From the human T2T-CHM13v2.0 reference genome, Homo sapiens, in assembly GCF_009914755.1 (NCBI RefSeq), contig NC_060933.1: a stretch of DNA of 64,000 nt; one strand, 5' to 3'. The position numbers and the translations under genes were made by a program. The notes under the pieces are model-generated. The model searched no databases and was not told the DNA's origin. It was given only the letters and a program-made list of their open reading frames with translations. Below, piece after piece: positions 35,092 to 54,483 of the stretch (positions are counted from its first letter, which is position 1; the number at the start of each line of letters is the position of its first letter).

Positions 35092-35844
35092 TTATTCAAC
35101 TAATAAACAGATGGATAGTGAAATCAGCTATACTTTGAAATGTCTCATAGGAGATCGTAGGAGAGGCTGTGGAAGCCTGAAGCAAGGAAGGCTAATGAGA
35201 TAGCTGAGGAACATACTGAGTACAAGGAACTGAAATGAGCATCACGAGGATTTTTTTTAAGACTAAAAGCCCTACCCTCACAGGAATGTTCCTTAAATAT
35301 TTCTGAAAGAAAGATATATTCAAACAAGGGCAAAAGAAGTCCTTTAATCAAGAGATGCTTGAGTCCCCTCAGTTAATTTAATCCTGTAGATAGAGCTTGC
35401 TTTATTATTATTTTTTTAAGGTCCTGTCTTTTACATCCAATGTGATTTCTTAAGGTTGAGGGCAGGTTTCTCTCATGTCTAGGCAGGATATCTCACTGCT
35501 GCAATCTCATGATTGGAATCCCAGCAATGTCCTTTAGTGTTTCCTTTGGCAGGGATCAAGTTCCTTCTTGCCATTCTACCCACTCATGATACAACTTTCA
35601 GCAATATCAGCTATTTATGATTCCTGTCATCTTGAAAAATACCCAATTCTGGCCAAGTATGTTGTGAGAAAATGCTATAGAAATGATCCTTATTTATTTG
35701 TGTTTCCATAATTTGAATCAACTTTGATCCACTTTCGTGAAGGCTTCCTGTTTCTCCCAAGCAGTTGTGGGTTCTTCTTCCAGGTTTCTGTTGTATATTG
35801 AACATGCATCCTTCATGACAATTAGTATATTGTAGCATAATTGG

Positions 35845-36694
<850 letters not shown>

Positions 36695-36905
36695 ATTGGT
36701 CATGTGCTTTCCTTCCCATAGATGCAATGTTCCTTGAAGAAAGACTGTGTCTCCATATCTATTATAACCTGACACAACTGGTGCTTAGTAAATATTCATT
36801 AAGGTAGAGATTGGTCTGACTTACTAGCTACAAGGAGGATTTATGAACCTTAATATGCCTGTCAGTATTTTGAGAGAAGTCTGGATATGTCCAACCCATC
36901 CTTAA

Positions 36906-36978
36906 CCCATTCCCCGTTTAGAAAACAAATGTGCAGCTCACTGCCAGTGCAGTATTCTCAGGGCAAATGGGAAATGGG
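36906..36978. mobile_element. piggyBac-family MITE (MER75A-like)
   Basis: TTAA on both sides (36902-36905, 36979-36982); TIRs cccattccccgttt / aaatgggaaatggg. Confidence 0.85.
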
Positions 36979-37107
36979 TTAAGGGGATATATGTTAACCA
37001 AGACTAAAAGAAGTCAATAAAACTTTTTTTCTTAATTGCAACACTTCAGCTATTCTGTTCCAAGTCATCTTTCCTCATTTTGCCATAACAATCCACAGTT
37101 CATTACT

Positions 37108-37187
37108 TTAGGTTGAACCATGTGAAACTGATGATAATCAACTATTTTAGACTAGGACACTCAGCAATATCATATGGCTTAACCTAA
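37108..37187. mobile_element. 80-bp Tc1/mariner MITE (MADE2-like)
   Basis: Imperfect TIRs ttaggttgaaccatgtga / tcatatggcttaacctaa. Confidence 0.7.
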
Positions 37188-38049
37188 AAATGTCAAGGAA
37201 GATGGGAGATGTGAACTTGTCAATGCATCTAACACCTCCAGGGGTATCATCTAATTTTCTTGTAAGCTTTTGACACCTTCTCCTTAGAACTATAAAATTG
37301 CCACATAACTCAGTTTTCCTTGGCATCTTTGCAACAAAAATATCCCTAGGGTTTCCTCCTACATGCAAAATAGCAGTAAATTACCATGATTACAAAGGTA
37401 AAGGTAAAATATCCTGAAACAAAGAGAAATGCAGATTATCATTTGGTGGACGTGTTTTGCTAGGGAAATAGGTGATGTCAGAGGGCTGCCTTCTGTTTCT
37501 ATTCTAAAGAACAAAGGTGAGAAAAAATAAGAATTAATGTTGTGACATTAAGGACATTGTAAAAAAAATGCAAAACATGTCTGCATATGTAGGTGTGTAT
37601 ATATATTTCAATTTTCTATTTTATTAGTTGTGGCAATTATAATTTGGTTTACAACAAACTTTACTAGCAAAGAAAAGGAAGGAAGGAAAAAGGAAGAAAA
37701 CTAGGAAGAGGAAGAAAAAGGGGGGCGATGACAAGGAGAAAAAGAAGAAAAAGAAACAAGATCTCCTTATTTAAAAAGAATTAATCCTCTACTTGTGTTT
37801 AATGGAGCAAAGCAGCTGCTATGACACCTTGAAAGAAAACTGTCAACAATTCCACTGATCTCCTTGAAGTGACCAAGTCATGGTGGCAAAGTCAAGCATG
37901 GCTCACTCATGAATCTCAGACATTTCTGTCACCAGAGTCTACACCCTGCAGACAGTGGCAGGCAAACAAGGGGCAGGAGATAGGCTCAGTGCCAGAGACG
38001 TCAGCATTGTTGAGGAGCAAGCTTGACCATCCAGGATCATGTTGGGTTA

Positions 38050-39413
<1,364 letters not shown>

Positions 39414-40235
39414 TTATTTTTAACCAACCTTTTGAACTTAAGATATTCTAAATACATTTTCTTTCAAAATGTATATGATCATTTGAATGAATGCAATTTA
39501 CATAATAATTCCTCTATTAATGGATAATGAGCTTTATTTTCTACTTTTCTTTATTATACACTATGCAGTAAACATCCTCATTCCTACAGATTTGCACATA
39601 TGTCCATTTTTCCTAAAAATAAGGCAGACTTGTGTATAAACTATTCCAGTAGTTTGATCTCTGGCTTATTGCTAAAACTTTCTGTGCATTAGTTTCCTCA
39701 ATTGTAACAGTTGGTAATAATATCTGCTTGCAAAGTTGTTGTAAGGATTAAATACTTATGTCTATAAAGTGGCACTACAGAGCCTGGCTCAGAAGTAGAA
39801 TTCAATAAATGATTATTTTTCTTTAAAATAATTTACTAAAAATAGACTACTTGGCTCAAGGTTAAGCACAATCCAAAAGCTATTTACAAATACTGTCGAA
39901 TGGACATCCAGAAAAATTATACCAATTTCTTCTGCTATCAGTAGGGTTGGAAGTTTCCCATTTACCATTTCCTTCAGAACTCTGGGTGCTACCAATTTTT
40001 TAAATCTTTGTCAATTTTATAGGTGAGAAGCACTTTCTTGTTTTTTATTTGGATATATTTTATTAGCTGGAAACGACATATTCTTATACATTTATTAGGT
40101 ATTTATTTCTCTCACGAATTGTCTATTCAAATCAATTGCACATCTTTCTGCTGAGTTCTTTTAAAAATTTGAAAGAGTAAACTTTAAGGGTATCCTGTAT
40201 TTTAATAACATCACAACTTTGAAATCTTGTTTTCA

Positions 40236-40410
40236 GGCCCGGAGCTGTGGCTCATGCCTGTAATCCCAGCACTTTGGGAAGCTGAGGTAGGCAGATCATT
40301 TGAGGCCAGGAGTTTGAGACCAGCCTGGCCAACATGGCGAAACGCCGTCTCTACTAAAAATACAAAAATTAGCCAGGCATGGTGGCATGGGCCTGTAATC
40401 CCAGCTACTG
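40236..40410 (+). mobile_element. Alu, 3'-truncated
   Basis: Left arm and linker, ends at cccagctact. Confidence 0.85.
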
Positions 40411-40506
40411 AGAGAGACTAAATATCCAATTTTAAGAATTGTTGTCCCCTAATTCAAGTTAAGTAAAATGTATTCCCTTGTTTTACATAATTATTAGATT
40501 TTAAGC

Positions 40507-40680
40507 CAGGGCTTCTCGACCTCAATCTATTAACATTTGGAGCTGGTTAATTATTTGTTGTAGGAGGATTTCCTGTGCATTGTGGAATGTTTAACAGCAT
40601 GTCTGGCCTCCGTCGAATGTCTGAAGACATTGGCAAATGTCCCATGAGGAGCAAAATCACTCCTAGTTGAGCAACACTTC
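40507..40680. mobile_element. MER20-like hAT-Charlie element
   Basis: tcctgtgcattgtggaatgtttaacagcat...gacattggcaaatgtccc...gcaaaatcactcctagttgag. Confidence 0.75.
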
Positions 40681-40704
40681 TCTAAGCTAATCATCGTTGG
40701 GTGG

Positions 40705-41811
<1,107 letters not shown>

Positions 41812-42441
41812 ACATTTTTTTCTCTTAATTTCAATCTAAAAAATATTGTAGCCATGCTCTTTGACACAGAACTTTGATGTCTAACTTACTCATCATCTTG
41901 AATTCAGAACTACCTCAAACTGACCTGTTGGTCACAAGGTATACCTGAGCCCACCTCTATATGGAGGTGAACTGGCTTTCATATATTTCATTGTTGAGCT
42001 ACTCAGTGATCCTAAAAAGGAAGCCAGTTGTAATGCCATCTCATTAGAGTTGATCATTACAGCAATTTGCTGCACACTTTAAATAGTTACACTTAAAACA
42101 CTTGGTAAAATATGTAACCTTGAACTCACTACTCCTTAATACTTATCAAAAGCTTGAATGAGATAAAAAAAATATTTTTGGAGAATTGCCTGTTGGATAA
42201 GTAGCCTACCCATTTCTCTCCATGTTAAAGAATCTATCCCTATAAAAAGACAGATGGTCAGAAAAGTTATTACTTAAGCTCTAATATATGGCTTACCTGC
42301 CTCATCCGATTTGTTTATTCAACATATATCTACTTCAGGCACGGTGCTTGGTGCTAGGGATGTAGCAATAAAGAAAATACAAACTCCTGGCACTCAGGGA
42401 GTTTGTATTCTATGAGAGGGTGTACTAACTAGTTATTGCTA

Positions 42442-42861
<420 letters not shown>

Positions 42862-44123
42862 TCATTGCCTAGCAGCCTAGGCCAGGCATGTTTCCATTGC
42901 AATGGCCCAGAGGGAGACAGAAAGACTAACTGTGCAGGTGCTTTCCAAGCTCTGTTTGCATCACAGCAGCTAATGTGTTATTGGCCTAAGCAAGTCACAT
43001 GAACGAACGCAGAATCAAAGAATGAGGCGGAATGCCCCCCTCACAATAGGGGAATGCTGCAAAGTTAAATGACCAGATACAGAGAGAGGTAAAATAATGG
43101 AATCAATGGTGAAATTATTACAGAGGGAGACAGAAAACAAGCAAATAAGTAGTGATAAGTACTGTAAGAAATAAGCAGAGTAGAAAAAGAATACTAAGGA
43201 GTAGAGGAGGGATACAGGGATAGTGTTATTTTTGAGAATATAGTTAAGGAAAGCTGCTTCAATTAGGAGGTATTTGAAGAGCGATCTCAATGTGAAGAGG
43301 GATCATTTGGGGGAATTTGAGGAATACAAGCTAAAAGGAACAAAATAGAAAAATAATGAAGAGAATAAACAAGAGTGAAAAGACAATCTAGCTGGAAGTT
43401 ATGAACTTGTATTCCCATCAACCCATATGGTTGCCTGACCATTGCTATCCATTTTTTAAATGCATTTGCAGGATTGCATAGAGACGCCGACTTAATTTTA
43501 CTACTCACATTGTCTACAGGCCCGCTAGTCTGATGATGAGGTGTCAGTAGTTAAGGCTGAGGCAGTCCTCATGTTGTTCTTTTCATTCCAAATGCATTGA
43601 TGAATTTTATGCAATTAGAGAAAAAATCAAACAGTTTGTATTGACCACGGACACTAAAGGACAAATTCAAATTCTATACTTCCTCATAGACCAGCTCAAA
43701 TGTCTGACATAGCCAGTGAGTAGAATTAAACCTTCTTTGTTTAAGAATTGGTCCATTAACAGTATAATGTTGAGAAAAAAACAAAGCCAAACTTGTTTTC
43801 AATACCACAAAGCTGCAATCAACTGAGTCTTTCTTAAAAGGATATGAAAAGCAAGAAAATCTTTAGTATGCCATAATTAACATTCAAATAGAAGAGAAAC
43901 CAATTCAGTAGTAAAAATATGTGGTTAAAAATGTCATAAGCTAACATTACTAAGTTTGATTTTCAAATCTGAAGTTTAGTTGAAAGGATGTTTAGGATTC
44001 ATTTTATAAAATATATAATTGATTTATAATCACTGTCATTTAAAATGAAAGTTTTCTTTTAAAACCGATGATTACAGTAGTTCAATTTGAATACAGATTT
44101 GGAAGGATTTTATATTTAAAAAT

Positions 44124-44139
44124 CCACTAGATGGCGCTC
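44124..44139 (+). promoter_or_regulatory. Predicted CTCF site
   Basis: CCACTAGATGGCGCTC, consensus core in AT-rich unique DNA with its CpG retained. Confidence 0.7.
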
Positions 44140-44301
44140 TTTTAACCTTCTGGAAGGGAAAGTTGAAGACATTTCAATCTCTGACTGATGCTGGAATCAG
44201 CTAATTTAACATTAATGAAACCGAACTGGTGCATCTGACTCAGAATTTCCTTGGATATAAAAAGCAGAGTGTATAATCTACGAAGAATATAAATATGATA
44301 A

Positions 44302-45192
<891 letters not shown>

Positions 45193-45536
45193 TTACATAT
45201 CTGTCCTCTATCTGTGATACTGTATGTAAATTCTCTCTATATAAAGTACTTAAGCTAGCTCTCCATGATGTAGAAAATATTATTTATTGATAAGTGCTGG
45301 ATCATATTACAACTTCTACAGCACGTCTGTGTGTGCACGTGTATATATACTAGGGAACAAGGGATTTGTTGTTTTCTTACAACCTCACATATATGTTTAT
45401 TATGTCAGCAATGGTATGTCTTACCAGGATTTATAGAAGTGCATAAACTTAGAAAACAGTTTTATATATAGTTCATAAAACAGCTCTTTATAGACTAGCA
45501 TATTTCCAGGCAAATAGTTATTAAATAAAGAATGCT

Positions 45537-46902
<1,366 letters not shown>

Positions 46903-49139
46903 ATTTTCTGAGTTTCTATCTTTCTTGACATCCCTACACTTTTGTTACTGCTGACCTCCCTTTCTTCCTATAAGTCCTCTTGGATTTCTATGTCAGCCCA
47001 CTCCAGGTATACTGGCTTTTGTTGTAGGTCTCTTTTCTCAAGTTCATTTTGTTCCTCCCTAAATGAGATGGTTTCTTCACAGTTCAGTCCTCATTCTTCT
47101 GCTTTTCTTTATAATTCTTTACTCCAAAGTGTCATCCATCCATTGAGTATCAACGGTTGCTTCTGTGTAGGGAGTCCCAAGCCTTCATCTCTTATTCTAG
47201 ACTCTCACTGGAACCCCATTCCTTAATTTCTAACTAACACTAGACATTTCCTCCTGAATTACTATTTACACTCTGTCCCAAATATTTTCCCCTAGATTTC
47301 AAATCTCATGGAACCTAAAACTAAAATTCTTTATCATCTCCTATAAAACCAATGTCTTGTTTTCATGTTTCAGTTGCTATAAATGACACAATCTTGGAAT
47401 TATTATATTTACCTCATTTACCACAGTTAATCAATTTCGAAGGCTATAAATTCCACGTTTATGACCTCCATCACATCAATGTATTTCTATTCATTTGAAT
47501 TGCATTGGCCTAGTTGAGATCTATAATTACCTCCTGCCTAAATCTCCATAATGGACTTTCACTGCTCTTTAACTCCGGGACTTTCCCACCCCACTCCATC
47601 CTGGTCAGTGCTTCCTACCTGTATGTTTTATTTTACTTGCATTAACAGATAAGTAGGGGAGGGTAGGTGAGGCAGAGTGACAGTGGCTGTCCTTAGAACT
47701 GCACATTGACATGTGGTCCAGGCTCTGGGGAAGGGCTTAACAGAAATAGCAACACACACATGGAACACAGAGCTTCTAGTTCAGTCAATGGTTCACAAAG
47801 GAGGGAAAGAAATCAGAGGCAGGAAATCAAGATCATGGTCAATATTTGGAAGTCCAGAGAGGAAGAGAGTTCATTCTGGGAGGTCTTTCACATCCTGTCT
47901 AAATCAATATTGGCTCACAAATGGAGAGGTTGGGCTGAACAAACAAGGAGGGGCAGTGGTATCAGTGGATTCAGTTCAGAGTGAGCTATCTAAGCCCACT
48001 GCCCCTGTGCCACAGGGCAATTAAGAACAAACTCTCAGCACGCCACATGCACAGCCCCACCTCTCCATCCTTCTCCTGGACCTACTTCATACTGCACTGA
48101 TTGACCTGTTCTTGATTATCCAAACCTTTGACCCTTGGGCTCATTACCTATTTATAGACTAGCAGTTGCTGCCTGTCCTGACACTTAAGCAGCTCTCTGG
48201 CCCTGAGCCTGGCTTCCCTCCTCAGTCATAATTTGTATTTACTCCCTTTGATTACATGGCTTCCCTCTCTCAGCCAAACATCTCCCTTGCACAGACTCAG
48301 CTGCAGGCCCCAACTCCCCTTTCTATAGATATAGGTACGTACAGAATTGTTAACTAGATAAGTAATTAAGTAGTGAAAAGGTAAAGAGAGAATTCTAAGG
48401 TACTGAGGAGGCAGTTACTGCAAAAACCAGATACAACCCCAAGGGTTCAGTGAGCAAAGGGACAGACTTGGAAATTTAGAAGAGGGGCCCTCAAACTGAA
48501 ACTCAGACTTCTGAGGCGAGGGGATGCTTGACTGGCCCTTGTGCCTCTGAGTTCTGAGAAGCAAACTTCTAAGGATGGGGAACAATGAAGTTGGTTCTGA
48601 CTGTTTTGAGATAGTGAGGTAATGCTGATTCTGCAAGTGTTGGAAAAAATGCCAGCTAGATTAAGGTGCTGCTAAAGTGATATGGCAGAGCATAACTGCT
48701 GGCCACTAGAGACTGAGAGGTCAGGGAAGACATCACCTCTATGATTAGGTGATATCTGAGCACAGAACTGAATCACAAGGAATCAGCTTTTAATATCAGC
48801 CATGTTAAAATCTGAGATCAAAAGCACTGGTGGACATCAGTATTTGGTACCCTCTTTTTCTGGGAAGAGCTCAGGTGTTTTAAGTATTTAGAGTCAGAGG
48901 AAGTTGCTTGAGAGTCCCTTATTGTACATCCCTCTTTCAAGTATTTTACCGGGATCACAGCATAATTGATATTTCAATACATGCTGGTAAGTCACCACAT
49001 TCAGATACTTTTCTTTCTTGAATATTTTTACCAGGCACCCCGTGCAGGGATATTAAATTATTATGTAGGAGCTGTTAACTCTCAGGCTTATCTCATTCTC
49101 TGGGGCATCTCCTAGTTGACTTTGACTCAGCAAACCCTT

Positions 49140-50070
49140 CAAAAATTATTTTAAAAATAATTATACTTTGATAGAGAGTTGTTGCAAAAAAATCTATAGG
49201 GGGGGTCCCATATACCCTTCACCCCAGTTTTCCCCAATGGTGACATCTTATATAACTATAATGCAATATCACAATAAGAAAATAAAGATATTGGTACTAT
49301 CCATGGAGATTATTCAGATTTCTCCACTTTTATATGCACTTACGTGTGTGTGTAGTTTAATGCAATTTTATATAACCACTGCCACAATCGAGATACAGAA
49401 GTGTGTCATAAACATAAGGCTCCTTCCTGCTATCCATATGTAGCCGCACCTATCCATCCTACTTATACTTAACCTTTGGCAACAACTAATTTGTTTTCCA
49501 TCTCTATAAATTTGTTACTTCAAGAGTGTTTCACAAATATAATAATACATGTTTTCACTCGCATAATTCCCCTGAGATCCATCCAAGTTGTTGCATGTAT
49601 CCATAGTTCACCTTTTTTTATTGCTGAGTATTCCACAGTGTGGATGTACCACAGTTTGTTTAAACATTCACCAGTTGAAAAAAATGTGGGCTGTTTCCAA
49701 GTTTTGGCTATTCATGTACAGGTTTTTGTGTGATCTATAAGGTTTCATTTTTCTGGGATAAATGTCCAGGAGTGCAATTGCTGGGTCATATAGTAAGTGC
49801 ATGTTTAGTTCTTGTGGCAACTGCCAAATTGTTCTCCAGAGCGCTTAACTATTTCACAACCCCACCTCCAGTGAATAAATGATCCAGTTTCTCAGTATCC
49901 TAACCAGCCTTGGTATTGTCACTATTTTTTCCAACCATTCTGATAGATATAATATGATAAGATATTCTGATATCTCATTGTGGTTTTACTTTTCATTTCC
50001 CCAATGGCTAATGATGTTGCACATGTTTTCATGCACTTGTTTCCATCTGTATATACTCTTCAGGAAATGT
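49140..50070 (-). mobile_element. Old L1M 3' region, antisense
   Basis: ccctgagatccatccaagttgttgcatgtatc...ggagtgcaattgctgggtcata. Confidence 0.8.
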
Positions 50071-50635
50071 CTGCTCATGTCTTTTGGTAGGCTTTTGAGA
50101 GTTCACATCCATGTCTATCAATTATCCGATAAGGTTCAGAACCCGCTCACAGCAATTCATCAATGTGCATACATAGTTTTCCCAGAGAGTTATAAGATAA
50201 CATACAACATAATAGCATTTCTGATACATCTTCTTCACCAGTTTAGAAGGGCAAAATAATACATGCTCACTACAAAAAAATTAAACTTGAAAGAACAGAA
50301 AAAATACACATTGCCAAAAGTCTCACCATATAGAGATAACCACTGTTAATATTTGGTGAGCATACTTCTAGATTTCTTTCTGTATGTAAATGCTCTGCAC
50401 ACTTAAAAACTCACCAATTTGTATAATTAGTGGGATACTATTCTGCACCTTGTTTCTCATGAGCATATATTATCGACATCCTTCCACACTAGTATAGACT
50501 TTCATTATCATCTTAATGCCTGTATAGTAACCCACTACGTGTGTATGTTTACTTAACCAGCTTCCCTGTTAATGGATATTTCGGTCGTTTCCATTTCTTT
50601 TTGCTATTATAAACAATGCTTTAAATAGTGTTCTT

Positions 50636-51767
<1,132 letters not shown>

Positions 51768-53321
51768 TAAACAGATGGAGCACAGGGCTCTGTGAAGTTA
51801 GATCAGTAAAAGTCCCATACCTATAAAACGGCCATCTTCTACACTTGTTCCTCCAGGACATCTTCTGCTTCAACAGCTTTGTGGTCTGCTTCAACAGCTT
51901 TGTTATCTGGCCATCTAGCCTGCTACCACAATGCCCATGGGGAATGATAAGGACAAGCAGCCCACCAATGACATTTACTTGTGGACAAAAGAATTAAGAT
52001 TAGGAGAAAAAAAAATTCCAAGATTACTACCAGTACACCAAAACTTTAAAGACGAAGAGCTGTGGCATGGAAGGTATACATAAAACTGCAAGTCCTACTT
52101 GCAAAGTTAGAGATTTATTGTAAAGTTAGATGATATTGCAGTTTGGGGTCATTCAGATGCTCTCCCCCTCTTTTGTTTTTCCATTTGATCAAAGAATGAA
52201 GTATAGCATTTTAATTGTGATCTAGAGAAAGAATAACATACACTGACATACTTCCTAATTTGAAACTCGAGTTTTTATGGTAGTCATTGGGCTTATTTTT
52301 CAAGGTACAACAGAAATTTGGTTTAATGGTTTAATGAGCATACCTTTTACATGATGATGTTAATATATTTTTGCTTACAAACTTCCTTAGATGGATTAAG
52401 CAATGCAAAGACTGAATGCAAAATGTTGTCTTTTAGTATTTACAAAGCATGTTCATATACATCTAACACTAGATAAGAATTCGGTTACAATATGCATCCA
52501 CTTACTTCTAACTCTTCCTCAGCAGAATTTTTTTTCATTGCTTTATGCTTATACCTCTAACTTTTCAGCAACATCCCTTCCCCTTCCTCACTTCCACAAA
52601 ATTTTCCTAGATCGTAGAAAACTAATATGAAAACGTTTGCAAGATACTTAAGATGGATTTTTGGAGTTCTGGAAATTCTTGTAACTTTGAATTTGCAGCG
52701 CTAGATATAACAGCGGAATTTTGCAGCTACTGTGTATCTGGCTTCTTATTAATAGTGCAATGGCAAAATGCCTCATTATGTAGAGCTCTTCCCCTTCCTA
52801 GGCATTTTAGCCTCTATTCGTTTCTCCGTGCAGGTATTCTGAAGCAGACTGTTAGCTGAATGAGAGAGAAGCAGGTGGGGTGGTAGCCAATCAGAAGGGC
52901 CAAGTTCCAGTTCTTCCACAGAACATTGGTTGTATGACCTTGCACACATCCCTAACACTTCAGCTTCATTATATTTAAGACTAGGAGGTTGGAGACCTCA
53001 TAAAGGTCCTTCAAATATAAAATTATATGAAAAACATTCATAAACTCAGGTAAAAACTTACAGTTTTTGTCAGGCATTCTACTTGCAAAGGCACACCCTA
53101 AACATTTAATTTTGAAAAGTCGGTGACTATGCACAAAAAGTAGTAAAATGACACAGGAATTAATAGAAATCCATCATTATTCATTTAACGTGTAAAGAGA
53201 AAACGCTCAATGTACACTTTTTCGGTCCTGCAGATGATTAATTACAGTTCTCTAAACCTCACATTTAGCATCTCTGTGACCTCAGGCCTTTGGGATTACT
53301 TCTAAGTAAGACCAAACAGGT

Positions 53322-54483
53322 CGAAAGATCTGTAATTGTAATTTATTTTAGGTCAGTGGTTCGGTGGAGGCATAGGGGTCAAGGGTCCAGCACTCCCAGT
53401 ATTTCTTGGAGGGTGTTCAGCAGTTTCCAGACCGGCTGACTCTAACTCTTATCTGCAGGGAAGCGTGTTACTCTTTGGAATGAAAGACAGCTCCGTATAA
53501 ATGACTTGACCAAAAATGGGTGCTCATCTCAGATGCAGGGCAGGGACTATGTAACTCCATCCTCGACTCGCAGCAGGAAGTTAACTCCTCCTGAGAGCCA
53601 GGCGGTCGGAGGACCAGGCGGGGAGGTTACAGGCACCGAGACACCCAGGCTGGCTGGACCCTCCCACCCTGTAATGATGAGGGGAGATGCTCCCTGGGAC
53701 AGCCCCCTTGAAGCTTCTGGCGACGGGGCTGGGATCCGCCCACCCTTACTCAGGGGCGAGCCCTGTCATACGCGTGGAAGCGGCCACCACCTTCTAGGGG
53801 GAGGGGCGTTCCCGTCGGGCGTAACCGCCCCGCCCTGGGGGGCCGCTGGGGACGCTGATCTGCAGGAGGGGGCGGGGTCGGAAAAAATCCGGTAGCTCCA
53901 GACCGGTGTCCCGTTGCCAGGCGATGGGGAGGAGGCGGGGCCGACAGGAAAGAGGAGCCGGGCTCGGCGCGAAAAGGGCACCCTCCAGAGCCGCGGCCGC
54001 GCAGCCGCCTTTCCTCCCTCTCAGGGCTGCGCGCCCAGGTCTGCGCCGCGCTCCGCCTCCAGCCGCGCGCAGACTTGCGCACGCGTCGTAAGAGCGACCG
54101 CCTCCGTCTCTCGCTGGGCTCGCTAGGGCTGCGCGTTGGGCCAGCGGGGGCGCCGCAGCTGAAGCCGCCCCGGAGCCGGTGAACCGAATTACCTCGAGGG
54201 AGGGGCGTGGGGAAGGCGGCGGGAGGAGGAGCGCACGGGCCGGCTGCCGTGCCCACCACGGCTGAGGAACATGGTTTTCGAGTCGGTGGTCGTGGACGTG
54301 TTGAACCGGTTCTTGGGGGACTATGTGGTGGACTTGGACACGTCCCAGCTCTCTCTGGGCATCTGGAAAGGTAAGGAGGCCGCCGCCGCCGCTCCCCGGC
54401 CTCTCGTGCTTCCCGGCCGTCTCGCTGCCCGAGCGGCGTCCTGCGTTCTCGGGGCTTCGAGCACCTTGCTCGCCGGGTGCAGC
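53322..54483 (-). ncRNA. VPS13A-AS1: Antisense lncRNA overlapping VPS13A exon 1; ends approximate
   Basis: Gene name and approximate 5' end from recall; sequence shows a minus-strand AATAAA (53342-53347) and two donor/acceptor pairs. Confidence 0.6.

Noticed and set aside
50075-50260. Unique-looking segment between L1 fragments, considered as a processed-pseudogene piece
   Set aside because: No recognisable protein similarity, and no clear poly-A plus TSD structure
51864-51903. Two-copy direct repeat tctgcttcaacagctttgt (similar small duplications at ~10008 and ~63372)
   Set aside because: Simple slippage duplications, not an array; no CRISPR-like structure
52885-52894. Perfect CCAAT box agccaatcag
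   Set aside because: Isolated, over 1 kb from the likely TSS and outside the CpG island
54163-54270. In-frame N-terminal extension of VPS13A from CTG/ACG
   Set aside because: The frame is open for 36 codons, but the near-cognate codons (54235, 54244, 54262) all have C at -3 while the ATG context is strong
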